Shown piece by piece: positions 24,883 to 35,227 of a stretch of DNA of 38,192 nt. Position 1 is the first letter of the stretch; each line of letters opens with the position of its first letter. Under the pieces are notes generated by a model. It ran no database searches. It saw only the letters and a list, made by a program, of their open reading frames with translations, and was not told where the DNA came from. The DNA lies in contig JAZRSP010000263.1 of NCBI GenBank assembly GCA_045651565.1, forward strand, positions 1 through 38,192. Reading direction: 5' to 3'. A program made the position numbers and the translations under genes. Origin of the DNA: Victivallaceae bacterium (GTDB lineage: Bacteria; Verrucomicrobiota; Lentisphaeria; Victivallales; Victivallaceae).

Positions 24883-27800
24883 CTATTTTTTCGCCGCCTC
24901 ATCTTTGGGCGGAGCATTCCAAACTCTTCTCGCTTTACCGACGAAGACCTTTGATTTAAGCTTAATAAACTTCTCTCCGAACATATTTTTCAAATCGTTA
25001 AAAAGTTCATAAGTCAGCATGAACTTAATTTGAGTATCAATAAAGACATGTTCCCCATTTTCAGTAGAGTAGCAAACCACCAACCGGGTTTCGCCGGGAT
25101 TATTGTCGGCAAAAGTCTTGATTTTCTCCCACTTGCTCACCTCGCAGTTTCCACCGTCACAGTAGACAATGACCTCTGAAATCTCTTCTTTCATGACTTC
25201 TTTGAGATAATTCACCTCATCGACCATAATTCTGAAACTTTCTTCGGCATCTTCTTCGCCGTTAGCAACTTCGGCTTCTTTTTTGCTGATAGTCCCACTA
25301 AGTACAATCGGCAATCCGGGAGTTAAAACAATTTCCTTCTCTTTCATCGACTCAATCACCCTCTTATAGAGCATACATTCTGTCGAAGTAGTCAAATCTT
25401 CAAACAACAATATCCCGAAAGGATTACCGGATTTTTTGCTCATCTTTTGGGTATAAGAATTAACCATGCCGCACAATCTTACCGGGGTATTATCCGGCAA
25501 ACTTTTCAAATCATGCAATTTCGGTTTAGCAAGAGCATTTACAATAGCATTATACGCCCCCAGCGGGTGTCCTGAAACATAGAAGCCTAAAAGTTCTTTC
25601 TCACTTTTCAAAATATCATCCATGTCAAATTCCGGAATATCCGGTATCGGCACATTAAATCCGGTATCTTCATTTGAGTCATCTCCGCCTAAAAGATCAA
25701 ATAATGAACTCTGCCCCTGCGCCAAATCTTTTGCTTTGGATGAGGCAAACTGCATCATCGGCTCGGCAATCGCCAACAATTGAGAACGGCGAAGTCCGAG
25801 TGAATCCAAAGCCCCTGCCCGAATAAGGTGTTCCAACATTCTGCTATTGAGTGCATCATAACAGCGTTCACAGAAGTCCTGATAAGACTTAAATGGGCCG
25901 TCTTTCTCTCTTGCCTCGATAATTTTCCCGGAAGCAGCTTCGCCTACCCCCTTAATCGCACCGAGTCCGAAGCGGATAGAGCCATTAGCTGCGCCGAACT
26001 TGATAAAACTTGAATTGACATCCGGCGGCAGAACCTCAATTCCCATGTCGTGGCAGGCATTAATCAAAAATGCAATCTTTTCTGCATCTGCAAGTTCGCT
26101 GGTGAGTACCGCCGACATAAATTCAACCGGATAATTCGCTTTCAAATACGCAGTTTGGTATGATACAAAAGCATACGCCGCACTATGAGATTTATTGAAA
26201 CCGTATCCGGCAAACTTTTCGATATTATCCCAAATGACATTCGCCACATCTTCATCAATATTACTGAAACTCTTGCAGCCGTCAATAAACTTGCTTTTCT
26301 GTTCGGCAAGCACATCGGCTTTCTTTTTACCGATAGCGCGGCGGAGAATATCCGCACCACCCAAACTGAAACCGGCAAGAACCTGCACAACCTGCATAAT
26401 CTGCTCCTGATAAAGCATAATTCCATAGGTTTCGCTCAAATATTGCTCCATTTTCGGATTTTCATAAATAATTTTTTCCCTGCCTTTTTTGCGGGCAATA
26501 AAGGTCGGAATAAACTGCATCGGACCGGGGCGATAGATTGCAAGCAACGCAATAATATGCTCAATAGTGTCCACTCCGAAAGATTTACACAACTCCTGCA
26601 TGCCCCCGGATTCAAGCTGGAATACCGCAATTGTATCACCTGCTCGCAGGAGATCAAAAGTCTTCTTGTCATCCAGAGGAATTTTGGACATATCCAACTT
26701 AACCCCATGATTTTTTTCAATCATGTTCAAGGCGTTTTTGATAATTGTCAAAGTACGAAGTCCCAAAAAGTCCATTTTCAGAAGCCCCAATTCTTCGCAA
26801 GGCACTGCGGTAAACTGGGTAATAATTTCGCCTTTTGCACCTCGTGCAAGCGGTACGACATTATCAAGCCGCTGGTCACCGATGATCACCCCTGCCGCAT
26901 GGATTCCCAATTGGCGATTCAATCCCTCAATAACCACCGCATAGTCAAAAGCTCGCTTAATGTCCTTGTCTGTATCATAGAGAGCTTTTAACTCCTTGGA
27001 CTCTTCCAAAGCTTTGTTCAAGGTCATTTTCGGCATTTCAGGAATAAGTTTCGACACCTTATTGCCAACTTCAAACGGCATATCAAGCACACGAATTACG
27101 TCTTTGATAACCGCCTTTGCTTTCAATGCACCGTAAGTACAAATCTGGGCAACACTGTCTTCGCCGTATTTTTTGCGAACATAATCAATAACTTCTACAC
27201 GGCGATTTTCGCAAAAGTCAATATCGAAGTCAGGCGGACTTACGCGTTCCGGATTCAAAAATCGCTCAAAAAGCAAGTTGTACCGCAAAGGGTCAATGTC
27301 GGTGATTTCAGTTAAAAATGCCACCAAAGATCCTGCACCGGAACCACGCCCCGGGCCTACCGGAATATCCTGACTTTTCGCATAACGGATAAAGTCACTT
27401 ACCACCAAAAAGTATGAGCAGTATTTAGTTCTGTCGATAATTCCCAACTCATAATCCATACGCTCGATCAAAGCTTTTTGCTCATCGGTCAAATTTTCAC
27501 TGTTCGGGTCAAACCCATATCGCTTCGGAATATTATTCAGACAAATATTACGCAAAAATTCCTTGCCCGGCACCGTTCCATCAGGCAAAGTATATTGCGG
27601 ATAGTGATTGACATCAGGCACATACTTAAAATCAAATCCGCAGCGTTCTGCAATCGCCACAGTATTGGTCAATGACTCCGGAACTTCTCCAAAAAGCTGA
27701 TACATTTCATCAGGGCTTTTGAAGTAAAACTCCGGTGCCGGAAATTTAAAATGGTTCGGTTCATTCAGTTTTGACTGGGTTTGGATACAGAGCATAATTT

Positions 27801-28452
27801 CATGCGCTTCGGCGTGTTCTTTTTTAAGATAATGCACGTCATTGGTTGCAACCAAAGGCAGTTCAAACTTTTTAGAATACTCGATTAAAAGTTTATTTAC
27901 CCGGCGTTCTTCTTCCATTCCGTGATCCATAATTTCAAGGAAGAAATTACCTTTGCCGAAAATATCGGAGTATTCATGAATCAACTTCTCAGCTCCGGCG
28001 AAATCGCCGTCAAGAAGTTTCGATGGAATTTCACCGCCGATACAGGCAGAGAGTCCAATAATTCCTTTGTTGTAAGTTGCAAGCAACTCCTTATCAATTC
28101 TGGGTTTATAGTACAAACCGTTGCGATATGCTTCGGTCAGGAGTTTGCACATATTTAAATACCCCTCGTAATTTTCTGCCAAAATCACCAGGTGGTGAGC
28201 CTTTTTATTCAAGGGAGAGTGGTCAAATCTATTGGTTGCAGACACATAGAACTCACAACCGATAATCGGCTTAATGCCCTCTTTTTTGAATGACTTATAG
28301 AAATCCTGTGCGCCACCCATAAATCCGTGGTCTGTCATCGCCACCGCAGGCATATTATACTCTTTTGCCAGCTTCGCCAAATCAGGACATCTGCATGCCC
28401 CGTCAAGCAAACTATAATGGGTATGCACATGCAAATGAACAAAATCCGCCAT
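24883..28452 (-). CDS. dnaE: DNA polymerase III alpha subunit
   Basis: PHP domain (FVHLHVHTHYSLLDG), polymerase core (GRGSGAGSLVAFL, PDFDIDF), HhH and OB domains. 1189 aa. Confidence 0.95.
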   Translation of the reverse strand: MADFVHLHVHTHYSLLDGACRCPDLAKLAKEYNMPAVAMTDHGFMGGAQDFYKSFKKEGIKPIIGCEFYVSATNRFDHSPLNKKAHHLVILAENYEGYLNMCKLLTEAYRNGLYYKPRIDKELLATYNKGIIGLSACIGGEIPSKLLDGDFAGAEKLIHEYSDIFGKGNFFLEIMDHGMEEERRVNKLLIEYSKKFELPLVATNDVHYLKKEHAEAHEIMLCIQTQSKLNEPNHFKFPAPEFYFKSPDEMYQLFGEVPESLTNTVAIAERCGFDFKYVPDVNHYPQYTLPDGTVPGKEFLRNICLNNIPKRYGFDPNSENLTDEQKALIERMDYELGIIDRTKYCSYFLVVSDFIRYAKSQDIPVGPGRGSGAGSLVAFLTEITDIDPLRYNLLFERFLNPERVSPPDFDIDFCENRRVEVIDYVRKKYGEDSVAQICTYGALKAKAVIKDVIRVLDMPFEVGNKVSKLIPEMPKMTLNKALEESKELKALYDTDKDIKRAFDYAVVIEGLNRQLGIHAAGVIIGDQRLDNVVPLARGAKGEIITQFTAVPCEELGLLKMDFLGLRTLTIIKNALNMIEKNHGVKLDMSKIPLDDKKTFDLLRAGDTIAVFQLESGGMQELCKSFGVDTIEHIIALLAIYRPGPMQFIPTFIARKKGREKIIYENPKMEQYLSETYGIMLYQEQIMQVVQVLAGFSLGGADILRRAIGKKKADVLAEQKSKFIDGCKSFSNIDEDVANVIWDNIEKFAGYGFNKSHSAAYAFVSYQTAYLKANYPVEFMSAVLTSELADAEKIAFLINACHDMGIEVLPPDVNSSFIKFGAANGSIRFGLGAIKGVGEAASGKIIEAREKDGPFKSYQDFCERCYDALNSRMLEHLIRAGALDSLGLRRSQLLAIAEPMMQFASSKAKDLAQGQSSLFDLLGGDDSNEDTGFNVPIPDIPEFDMDDILKSEKELLGFYVSGHPLGAYNAIVNALAKPKLHDLKSLPDNTPVRLCGMVNSYTQKMSKKSGNPFGILLFEDLTTSTECMLYKRVIESMKEKEIVLTPGLPIVLSGTISKKEAEVANGEEDAEESFRIMVDEVNYLKEVMKEEISEVIVYCDGGNCEVSKWEKIKTFADNNPGETRLVVCYSTENGEHVFIDTQIKFMLTYELFNDLKNMFGEKFIKLKSKVFVGKARRVWNAPPKDEAAKK

Positions 28453-28470
28453 AAATTCCCCCTATCTATC

Positions 28471-29574
<1,104 letters not shown>

Positions 29575-29582
29575 TTACAATT

Positions 29583-30851
29583 CTAAATATCTCTGATTAA
29601 ACAATTTTTTGGTGAATTATACAAATCTGCGTACAATCCGTCAACTAAATCCGGCACTTTCATATTGCCGAATTCCAAAGTACCATTCTTATTTTCTCCG
29701 CTCTCACGAATTTTGTCTATTGCCAAAGCAACGGTCATTTTATCAGTCGGCATAGCAGGGATAAAGATATATTCCTCAACATCATCGACATCGACTTTGG
29801 AGAGCAATTGGGCATTCATTAAAACATATACAGTTTCCTGAATTCTGGCGTGTGAAAGATTGGTGCTTTCTGCGATTTCTTCAATAGACAATCCGATTAT
29901 GCCTTTTTCAAAAGCGTCAACGACCTTTTTTAAAGTCAAAAGAGCATATTTCATACGCAATTTTGATGAAATTTTGTCAAAATCTTTCTCAAATTGTCCG
30001 GTTTTGTAGTATTGGTGTACATAAGCAATCTGATTGCCGAAAAGTGTAATCAACCACGCCCACTGCAACCAAATCAAAAACAACGGCAAAGCGGCAAAAC
30101 TTCCGTAAATTGAGTTGAAACTTGATACTTTCAACTGAACTGCAATGTAGAATGTCTGAATTGCCTGATAGAGTATTGCCGCAAAAAATCCGGCAAACAA
30201 ACCGGACTTGAATTTAACTTTGGTGTGCGGTACAAAAATGTAAATAAAAGTAAAGATAATCCATGTCACTATAATCGGTAATAATTCAAAGCCGATTGAT
30301 ACAAATGACAATGCCTTGTTGCCGAATTGAGAATTTTCGATAATCTTTCCAAGCATGTTCTCAAAAAGTATTGACGAACTTGAAAGTATCACAAAAAGTA
30401 TCGGTGCCACCAGAAGCAATGCCAAAAAATCACTGATTTTACGGAAAATATTACGCCCTTTCGGCACATTCCACGCCTGATTGAATGATTTTTCAATAAA
30501 GGTTGCCAATCGAATAACCGTCCAGAAAAGAAAAACCACACCGATCCCGGCAATAATTCCGCCATCTGCACGAGCAAGAGTTGTATCGGCAAATTTATAC
30601 ATCCAATCAACCAGGCTTTGCTGTTCGGAGAAGCGTTCAACGATCATCACTTTCAACTTTTCTTCCAAGTTAAAACCTTTCGCAATACCGAAGCACAAAG
30701 CCAGAATCGGCACAATCGCAAACAAGGTGTAATAGGTCAAAGAAGTTGCATGCTGCGCCTGTTCATTTTTTACGAAAGTCTTGATGCTTACCCACAAAAT
30801 TTTGCATCTAGTCTCAAAAAAACGACTGATACCCAAGAAAAAATCTTTCAT
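29583..30851 (-). CDS. YihY/virulence factor BrkB family membrane protein with C-terminal extension of about 120 aa
   Basis: SLTYYTLFAIVP start and six hydrophobic helices typical of YihY. The tail (aa 300-422) looks like a winged-helix domain (LSIEEIAESTNLSHARIQETVYVLMNAQLL). Confidence 0.8.
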   Translation of the reverse strand: MKDFFLGISRFFETRCKILWVSIKTFVKNEQAQHATSLTYYTLFAIVPILALCFGIAKGFNLEEKLKVMIVERFSEQQSLVDWMYKFADTTLARADGGIIAGIGVVFLFWTVIRLATFIEKSFNQAWNVPKGRNIFRKISDFLALLLVAPILFVILSSSSILFENMLGKIIENSQFGNKALSFVSIGFELLPIIVTWIIFTFIYIFVPHTKVKFKSGLFAGFFAAILYQAIQTFYIAVQLKVSSFNSIYGSFAALPLFLIWLQWAWLITLFGNQIAYVHQYYKTGQFEKDFDKISSKLRMKYALLTLKKVVDAFEKGIIGLSIEEIAESTNLSHARIQETVYVLMNAQLLSKVDVDDVEEYIFIPAMPTDKMTVALAIDKIRESGENKNGTLEFGNMKVPDLVDGLYADLYNSPKNCLIRDI

Positions 30852-30869
30852 AATTCAACTCCTTAACAT

Positions 30870-31670
30870 TTATTGTCGAATCGCAACCTGCATGCGATAA
30901 TTTGTTCCTTTAAGTTCTTTTACTGCCAATTCGCCGAGTTCTCGAGGTTCAATATACTTACAGCAAAATACATCAATGTAAGCGACAGATTCTTCCTCAA
31001 AAAACTTGCAGTAAAAACTATTCAAATTATCACTGACAGTTAAAAACCAAACAGATTTACCGTCGATAATTTTACTTTCAATACGGCAATTCGGCGAATT
31101 AAAAAATCCTGCACAAGTTTGAGCAAAATTACGGATTGATTTCTCGTTGCAGCATATATTATATACATCAATCGAAACGGACAGTGCTTTCGCTTCTGTA
31201 TCAGAGAATCTTCGTTCCCAAGAGAGGGTATATCTGTGACTTGTATCCTCAAAAATCGGCACGAAACGCTCCATACCGTTATTATTGACAATTCCCCGAT
31301 TCATCAAACTTGAAACAATGACATTATCGGCTTTAAGTTGAGATTTCAAACTCTCAATTGCTTTATCGAAACTGATCTTCTCTCCGCAGGTAAAAATATC
31401 CACTGCGGCGTAATCATGTTCAGGCCAGGCGTGTACGGTGAAGTGTGATTCAGCAATAATAACTACTCCGCTTACTCCCTGCGGCTCAAAACCGTGAAAA
31501 TTGCTTGAGATTATCGTTGCACCGGACTCTCTGGCAGCAGTTAAAAATATCTGCTCCATAACCTCGGCATTTGCCAGAAGTTCAGTTGCGCAGTCATAAA
31601 ATTCGATTGTCAACTGACGGCCGAGTGCGTAATCTTTTTTTCCTAGTTTTGTTCGATCATTATTGTGCAT
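30870..31670 (-). CDS. speD: S-adenosylmethionine decarboxylase proenzyme (class 1a pyruvoyl domain) fused to a degenerate second AdoMetDC-like domain
   Basis: LGRQLTIEFYDC...VVIIAESHFTVHAWPEHDYAAVDIFTCG is the class 1a self-processing core (Glu74-Ser75). Residues about 135-266 repeat the pattern weakly. The ATG overlaps the upstream gene by 28 nt. Confidence 0.8.
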   Translation of the reverse strand: MHNNDRTKLGKKDYALGRQLTIEFYDCATELLANAEVMEQIFLTAARESGATIISSNFHGFEPQGVSGVVIIAESHFTVHAWPEHDYAAVDIFTCGEKISFDKAIESLKSQLKADNVIVSSLMNRGIVNNNGMERFVPIFEDTSHRYTLSWERRFSDTEAKALSVSIDVYNICCNEKSIRNFAQTCAGFFNSPNCRIESKIIDGKSVWFLTVSDNLNSFYCKFFEEESVAYIDVFCCKYIEPRELGELAVKELKGTNYRMQVAIRQ

Positions 31671-33103
31671 TGTTCTTGTAAATATCCGACAAATTCGTTA
31701 GTTACAGCCTCAGTTTTAACCTGTCTGTACCAAGAAGTATATAATTCCTTTTTGGCATCAAACTCTTCCCCGATAGTCGGCATGGTGCGTTTAACTAAAT
31801 AAACCATAGCGACACCGTCGATACCTGTTTCTGACCACACTGGGAAGGCTTTTGAAACTTCATTTTCGCCCAAAGCTCTTGAAACTTGCCACAAAGCACC
31901 TTTGAATTGGTCTTCGCCGATATTGTTAATATTAATGGTATAAGTTTTTACGAATTTCTTGCTGTCTTTAATTGCAGCGGCAAGTTCTTCAGCACTTTTT
32001 CCCTGCAATTCTGCATAGAAATTATCGGTTTCTTCTTGAAGTTTCTCGACAGTCAAGTTTGATTTGTAATCAGCAATGACCTGGTCTTTCACCTCTGCCA
32101 ATTCGGCATAACGGGCATCGGCAATGCCGTTAATGAATGCGACGCAGTAGACCTTTTTGCCATCAAGTTCACCCGGAACTGCATTGGTAATTTTTACCTC
32201 TGAAACGGTATTAAAGATTTCGCCGACCAATTCGGGAGATTTGATTGAACCGACTTTTTCGGAACTGCTGGTGAATTTCGGGCAAGGAATAATTGTGACT
32301 TTGGCATCCTGTGCTTGCGCCTTGAAAATCGCTGCGGTTTCGGCATTATTTTCGAGAGCCTTGTCATAAGTATCAGCTGCGAAACGCTGTGCTTTCTGCT
32401 CATCATCGAAGGCGACGACCAAAGCAGTTGCGTTTGCTTCAATCATGTAATTAGCTCTGTTTTCTTCAAAAAATTTCTGCAACTCCGCCTCATCGATTTG
32501 GTCATCAACTTTGACATCGGCAAGTTTAAATTCAGCAACTTGGAGTGTCACATCGGCATTAAGCGCACGATAGAAGTCTTTTACCTCATTTTCGGTTACG
32601 ATAACGGAATTTTGGATTTCATAACCCAATTCCATGCACATAAGTGAATGACGGATTGCTTCTTGCAAATCATCTTGGGTCATACCTTGTCCTTCAAGAT
32701 ATTTCATATAAGAAACAAATGCCTCTTTATTGAAAGTTCCTGCCTGATCGGTGAAAAGCATTTTGATATAATCGGCAATTGCTTTATCGCTGACACTAAT
32801 TCCGCGTTCTTCGGCAGCTCGGATTTGTGCAAGCTGAAAAAGTGCAGATTCCGGAGTAATTTCCCCCTGACGGCCGGAGAACATTGCAAAAATCTGCATT
32901 AAATTCATCTCATCAGTCAATTCTGCGTAAGTTATTTTTTCACCGAAAACTGTTCCCGCAACCCCGTTTGCTCCATAGAAGCAGCCGGAGTATTGACCCG
33001 GAGTCATAATTCCCATAAAAGAGATAATAATCACAATGGTAAAAATACCAAAAATCCAACGGCTGTGACGCCCGAAAAAATTGTTCATTCCACGAATAAT
33101 CAT
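31643..33103 (-). CDS. PpiD-like / SurA N-terminal-domain periplasmic chaperone, membrane anchored
   Basis: N-terminal anchor (WIFGIFTIVIIISFMGIM) followed by a long helical chaperone-like body. I could not see a parvulin signature. Confidence 0.5.
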   Translation of the reverse strand: MIIRGMNNFFGRHSRWIFGIFTIVIIISFMGIMTPGQYSGCFYGANGVAGTVFGEKITYAELTDEMNLMQIFAMFSGRQGEITPESALFQLAQIRAAEERGISVSDKAIADYIKMLFTDQAGTFNKEAFVSYMKYLEGQGMTQDDLQEAIRHSLMCMELGYEIQNSVIVTENEVKDFYRALNADVTLQVAEFKLADVKVDDQIDEAELQKFFEENRANYMIEANATALVVAFDDEQKAQRFAADTYDKALENNAETAAIFKAQAQDAKVTIIPCPKFTSSSEKVGSIKSPELVGEIFNTVSEVKITNAVPGELDGKKVYCVAFINGIADARYAELAEVKDQVIADYKSNLTVEKLQEETDNFYAELQGKSAEELAAAIKDSKKFVKTYTININNIGEDQFKGALWQVSRALGENEVSKAFPVWSETGIDGVAMVYLVKRTMPTIGEEFDAKKELYTSWYRQVKTEAVTNEFVGYLQEQCTIMIEQN

Positions 33104-33279
33104 AAAAATTCCTTATATGTTAGTTTATTAATTAATACAATACTTATATTAAGATAGATGTTTTTTTGATTTTAGCAAGTAAAAAAGCAAAAAAAGTTCA
33201 ATTTTCTTTGAAAAAAATCTATTTTAGAGAATAATTTTCATTTTTTTCTGTCGATTGCTTAATTTTTTTAATTATCCAA

Positions 33280-33537
33280 CTATCTTAATGGTGCTGTTTC
33301 GGCAACTGCTGCAACAAAAAATGCAATGGATTGAAGATGGTATTTACAGAATTGAATGTGCCACTTCTCATCCGTCGGAAATTGCGAAAAATAGGAGATA
33401 CTTTTTATACCAGTTAAACTCTCTGCCGCTATGACTCGCCAATGTTCGGAGAGGAAATTAATTATATGCCCAATCGCGACCGAAATCGCCCGGTAATCCA
33501 AGCCGATTTGAAATAATGAATCAAAAAATTTAAGCAC
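33280..33537 (-). CDS. Doubtful 85-codon ORF (possible gene remnant)
   Basis: Listed in the ORF track. It has a GTG start inside the terminator U-tract, no internal ATG and no RBS. The sequence looks more GC-rich by eye than the flanking intergenic DNA and translates to a protein-like helical sequence. Confidence 0.2.
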   Translation of the reverse strand: MLKFFDSLFQIGLDYRAISVAIGHIINFLSEHWRVIAAESLTGIKSISYFSQFPTDEKWHIQFCKYHLQSIAFFVAAVAETAPLR

Positions 33538-33570
33538 AAAAAAAAGTGGTACGGCTTTATTCGCACCACT
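33538..33570 (-). terminator. Rho-independent terminator of the TetR gene
   Basis: Minus-strand RNA AGUGGUGCG-AAUAAAGC-CGUACCACU forms a 9-bp stem (one G.U), followed by U8 (plus A-run 33538-33545). It starts 37 nt after the TetR stop. Confidence 0.7.
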
Positions 33571-33607
33571 CTCAATTTTAAATTATAAAATTCTAAAATC
33601 TTATTTT

Positions 33608-34258
33608 TTAGAGTCCCAAGTCACGAACCAAACGCTCTTGGATCTCTTTGATTGCGTAATCTTCAAAAGACTCATTGATTTTAAAATCTTCGCTGAAATT
33701 ATAGATACGATACGGGTCGAGTAAGCGTTTTCCCAAAACTTCAAAACTAGTCATAAAAACATAATAAGAATGGTTAGCGTCCTTATCTCCGGTAATTTTT
33801 TCGTAAATTTTGGAGAAAGTAATCATATCATATTGATAAGAAGCAATAGAGATCAAAGATTTGAACTCCGGACTTTTTGCCAAAACTCTTTGAACTGAAT
33901 TACACTTGAAAACTTCTCTCGGCAAGTTTTTGAAATAATCATAGAAATAATCCACCATGCCCAAAATGAACTCTTTCTGCATGTCCTTATTTTCCAAATT
34001 CTGGCAATGAGCTTCATAATACTCGCCCAAAGGATTGTAACAGCATCTCTCCATTACAAATTTACCGAGTTCATCAAGCAACGCGCCCTTGGTTGCAAAG
34101 TGATAAGTGATGATAGAGCCGGTCAAACCGGTGCGTTTAGCGATGTCTCTTACAGAAACGCTATCCACACTCTGACGCTCATAAATCAAGTTCAAAGCTG
34201 CATTCAAGAGTGTTTTTTTAGTTTTCGAACCTTTTTTCGTCAATGATTTGTCTGCCAT
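33608..34258 (-). CDS. TetR/AcrR family transcriptional regulator
   Basis: N-terminal TetR HTH (LLNAALNLIYERQSVDSVSVRDIAKRTGLTGSIITYHFATKGALL) plus a helical ligand domain. 216 aa. Confidence 0.85.
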   Translation of the reverse strand: MADKSLTKKGSKTKKTLLNAALNLIYERQSVDSVSVRDIAKRTGLTGSIITYHFATKGALLDELGKFVMERCCYNPLGEYYEAHCQNLENKDMQKEFILGMVDYFYDYFKNLPREVFKCNSVQRVLAKSPEFKSLISIASYQYDMITFSKIYEKITGDKDANHSYYVFMTSFEVLGKRLLDPYRIYNFSEDFKINESFEDYAIKEIQERLVRDLGL

Positions 34259-34355
34259 TTTCTTCCCCCTTCTTTTCGCAATTCATGCAACGACTTCCGT
34301 TTGTTTGCAAGCATCTCATATTCGATAATTTATTTATAATATTAATTATTACAGT

Positions 34356-34383
34356 AATATAACATATTTTAGACAATTGTCAA
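34356..34383 (-). promoter_or_regulatory. Candidate TetR promoter with palindromic operator over the -35
   Basis: On the minus strand: TTGACA (plus 34378-34383), 16-nt spacer, TATATT (plus 34356-34361). The perfect 10-bp palindrome GACAATTGTC (34372-34381) overlaps the -35 element. Confidence 0.4.
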
Positions 34384-34414
34384 GAGGAATTTTAGATTTT
34401 AATGCAAAAATTTA

Positions 34415-35209
34415 TTATATTATTATATTTTTGAGGTAGAGGTGCAATTTTTTATCACCATATTTATCTTCTTGAATATTAGAGAGTTCCAAATCTGAAT
34501 AACCGCTATCTATATCCGAAACATGTAAAATCCTGCTATTTTGCTCCAAAGAAAATTTTATTCTCCAAGTTCTAAATGATATGACAAATTCATCATCTGC
34601 AATCTTCATAATTCTTTTTCGTTCAGTATCAAGGGGATTGACACTTAATTGCACTTCACAGAACTTGATCGGGTCAAGTTTTCCTTTTTGGTAAATAATC
34701 TCCGATTTCTTCAAAAATCTGTCTGAAAATTCGAGAAAATACTCCTCTTTTTTCGCCTCATCGAGCCAATCCACCCGACTTTGTGAAAAAGAATCCGCCA
34801 GACTTATATAGGGTTTAATATCCAGAATCGGCGTGCCGTCAAGCAAATCAAAATTGCGGACAAAAATTTTCAATCCCTCAATTTTTACCAGCTCAACACA
34901 ACTTAACCCGATAGGATTCGGACGGTACGGCGAACGGGTTGCGAAAACTCCGATTTTCCGATTCGGAGCAACCGGAGGCGAAGTTTTAGCTTTCCAATTA
35001 GAGTTGTTATGAAAAACAAATAGCAACCAAAGCCTTTCAACCCCCGCTAAATCGGCAATTGCCTGCTCAAAATTTCTTCCTTTGGCAAGTTCAATCACAC
35101 CGATATTGCCATTAGCAAAAACGCCCTGGCGTGGAGTATCGTAGCGATATTTCTCGTCACAGCGAAAAACTCCTATCGCCTCGAAGCAAAACTTTTCATC
35201 TAAAGCCAT
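34415..35209 (-). CDS. trmO: tRNA (N6-threonylcarbamoyladenosine(37)-N6)-methyltransferase TrmO (TsaA/YaeB family)
   Basis: FATRSPYRPNPIGLSCVELV and GTPILDIKPY blocks are typical of TsaA/YaeB. 264 aa. Confidence 0.85.
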   Translation of the reverse strand: MALDEKFCFEAIGVFRCDEKYRYDTPRQGVFANGNIGVIELAKGRNFEQAIADLAGVERLWLLFVFHNNSNWKAKTSPPVAPNRKIGVFATRSPYRPNPIGLSCVELVKIEGLKIFVRNFDLLDGTPILDIKPYISLADSFSQSRVDWLDEAKKEEYFLEFSDRFLKKSEIIYQKGKLDPIKFCEVQLSVNPLDTERKRIMKIADDEFVISFRTWRIKFSLEQNSRILHVSDIDSGYSDLELSNIQEDKYGDKKLHLYLKNIII

Positions 35210-35227
35210 AACTACTTATTCCCAATA

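Noticed and set aside
26185-26991. 268-aa plus-strand ORF, with several shorter ones at 25828-26944
   Set aside because: It lies entirely antisense within dnaE, whose product is unambiguous over this stretch. Long open antisense frames are a known by-product of codon bias. It has no RBS or motif.
33272-33280. DnaA-box-like TTATCCAAC in a very AT-rich 180-bp spacer (possible oriC)
   Set aside because: It is a single imperfect box with no cluster of boxes and no dnaA/dnaN nearby. Gene orientation does not diverge here.
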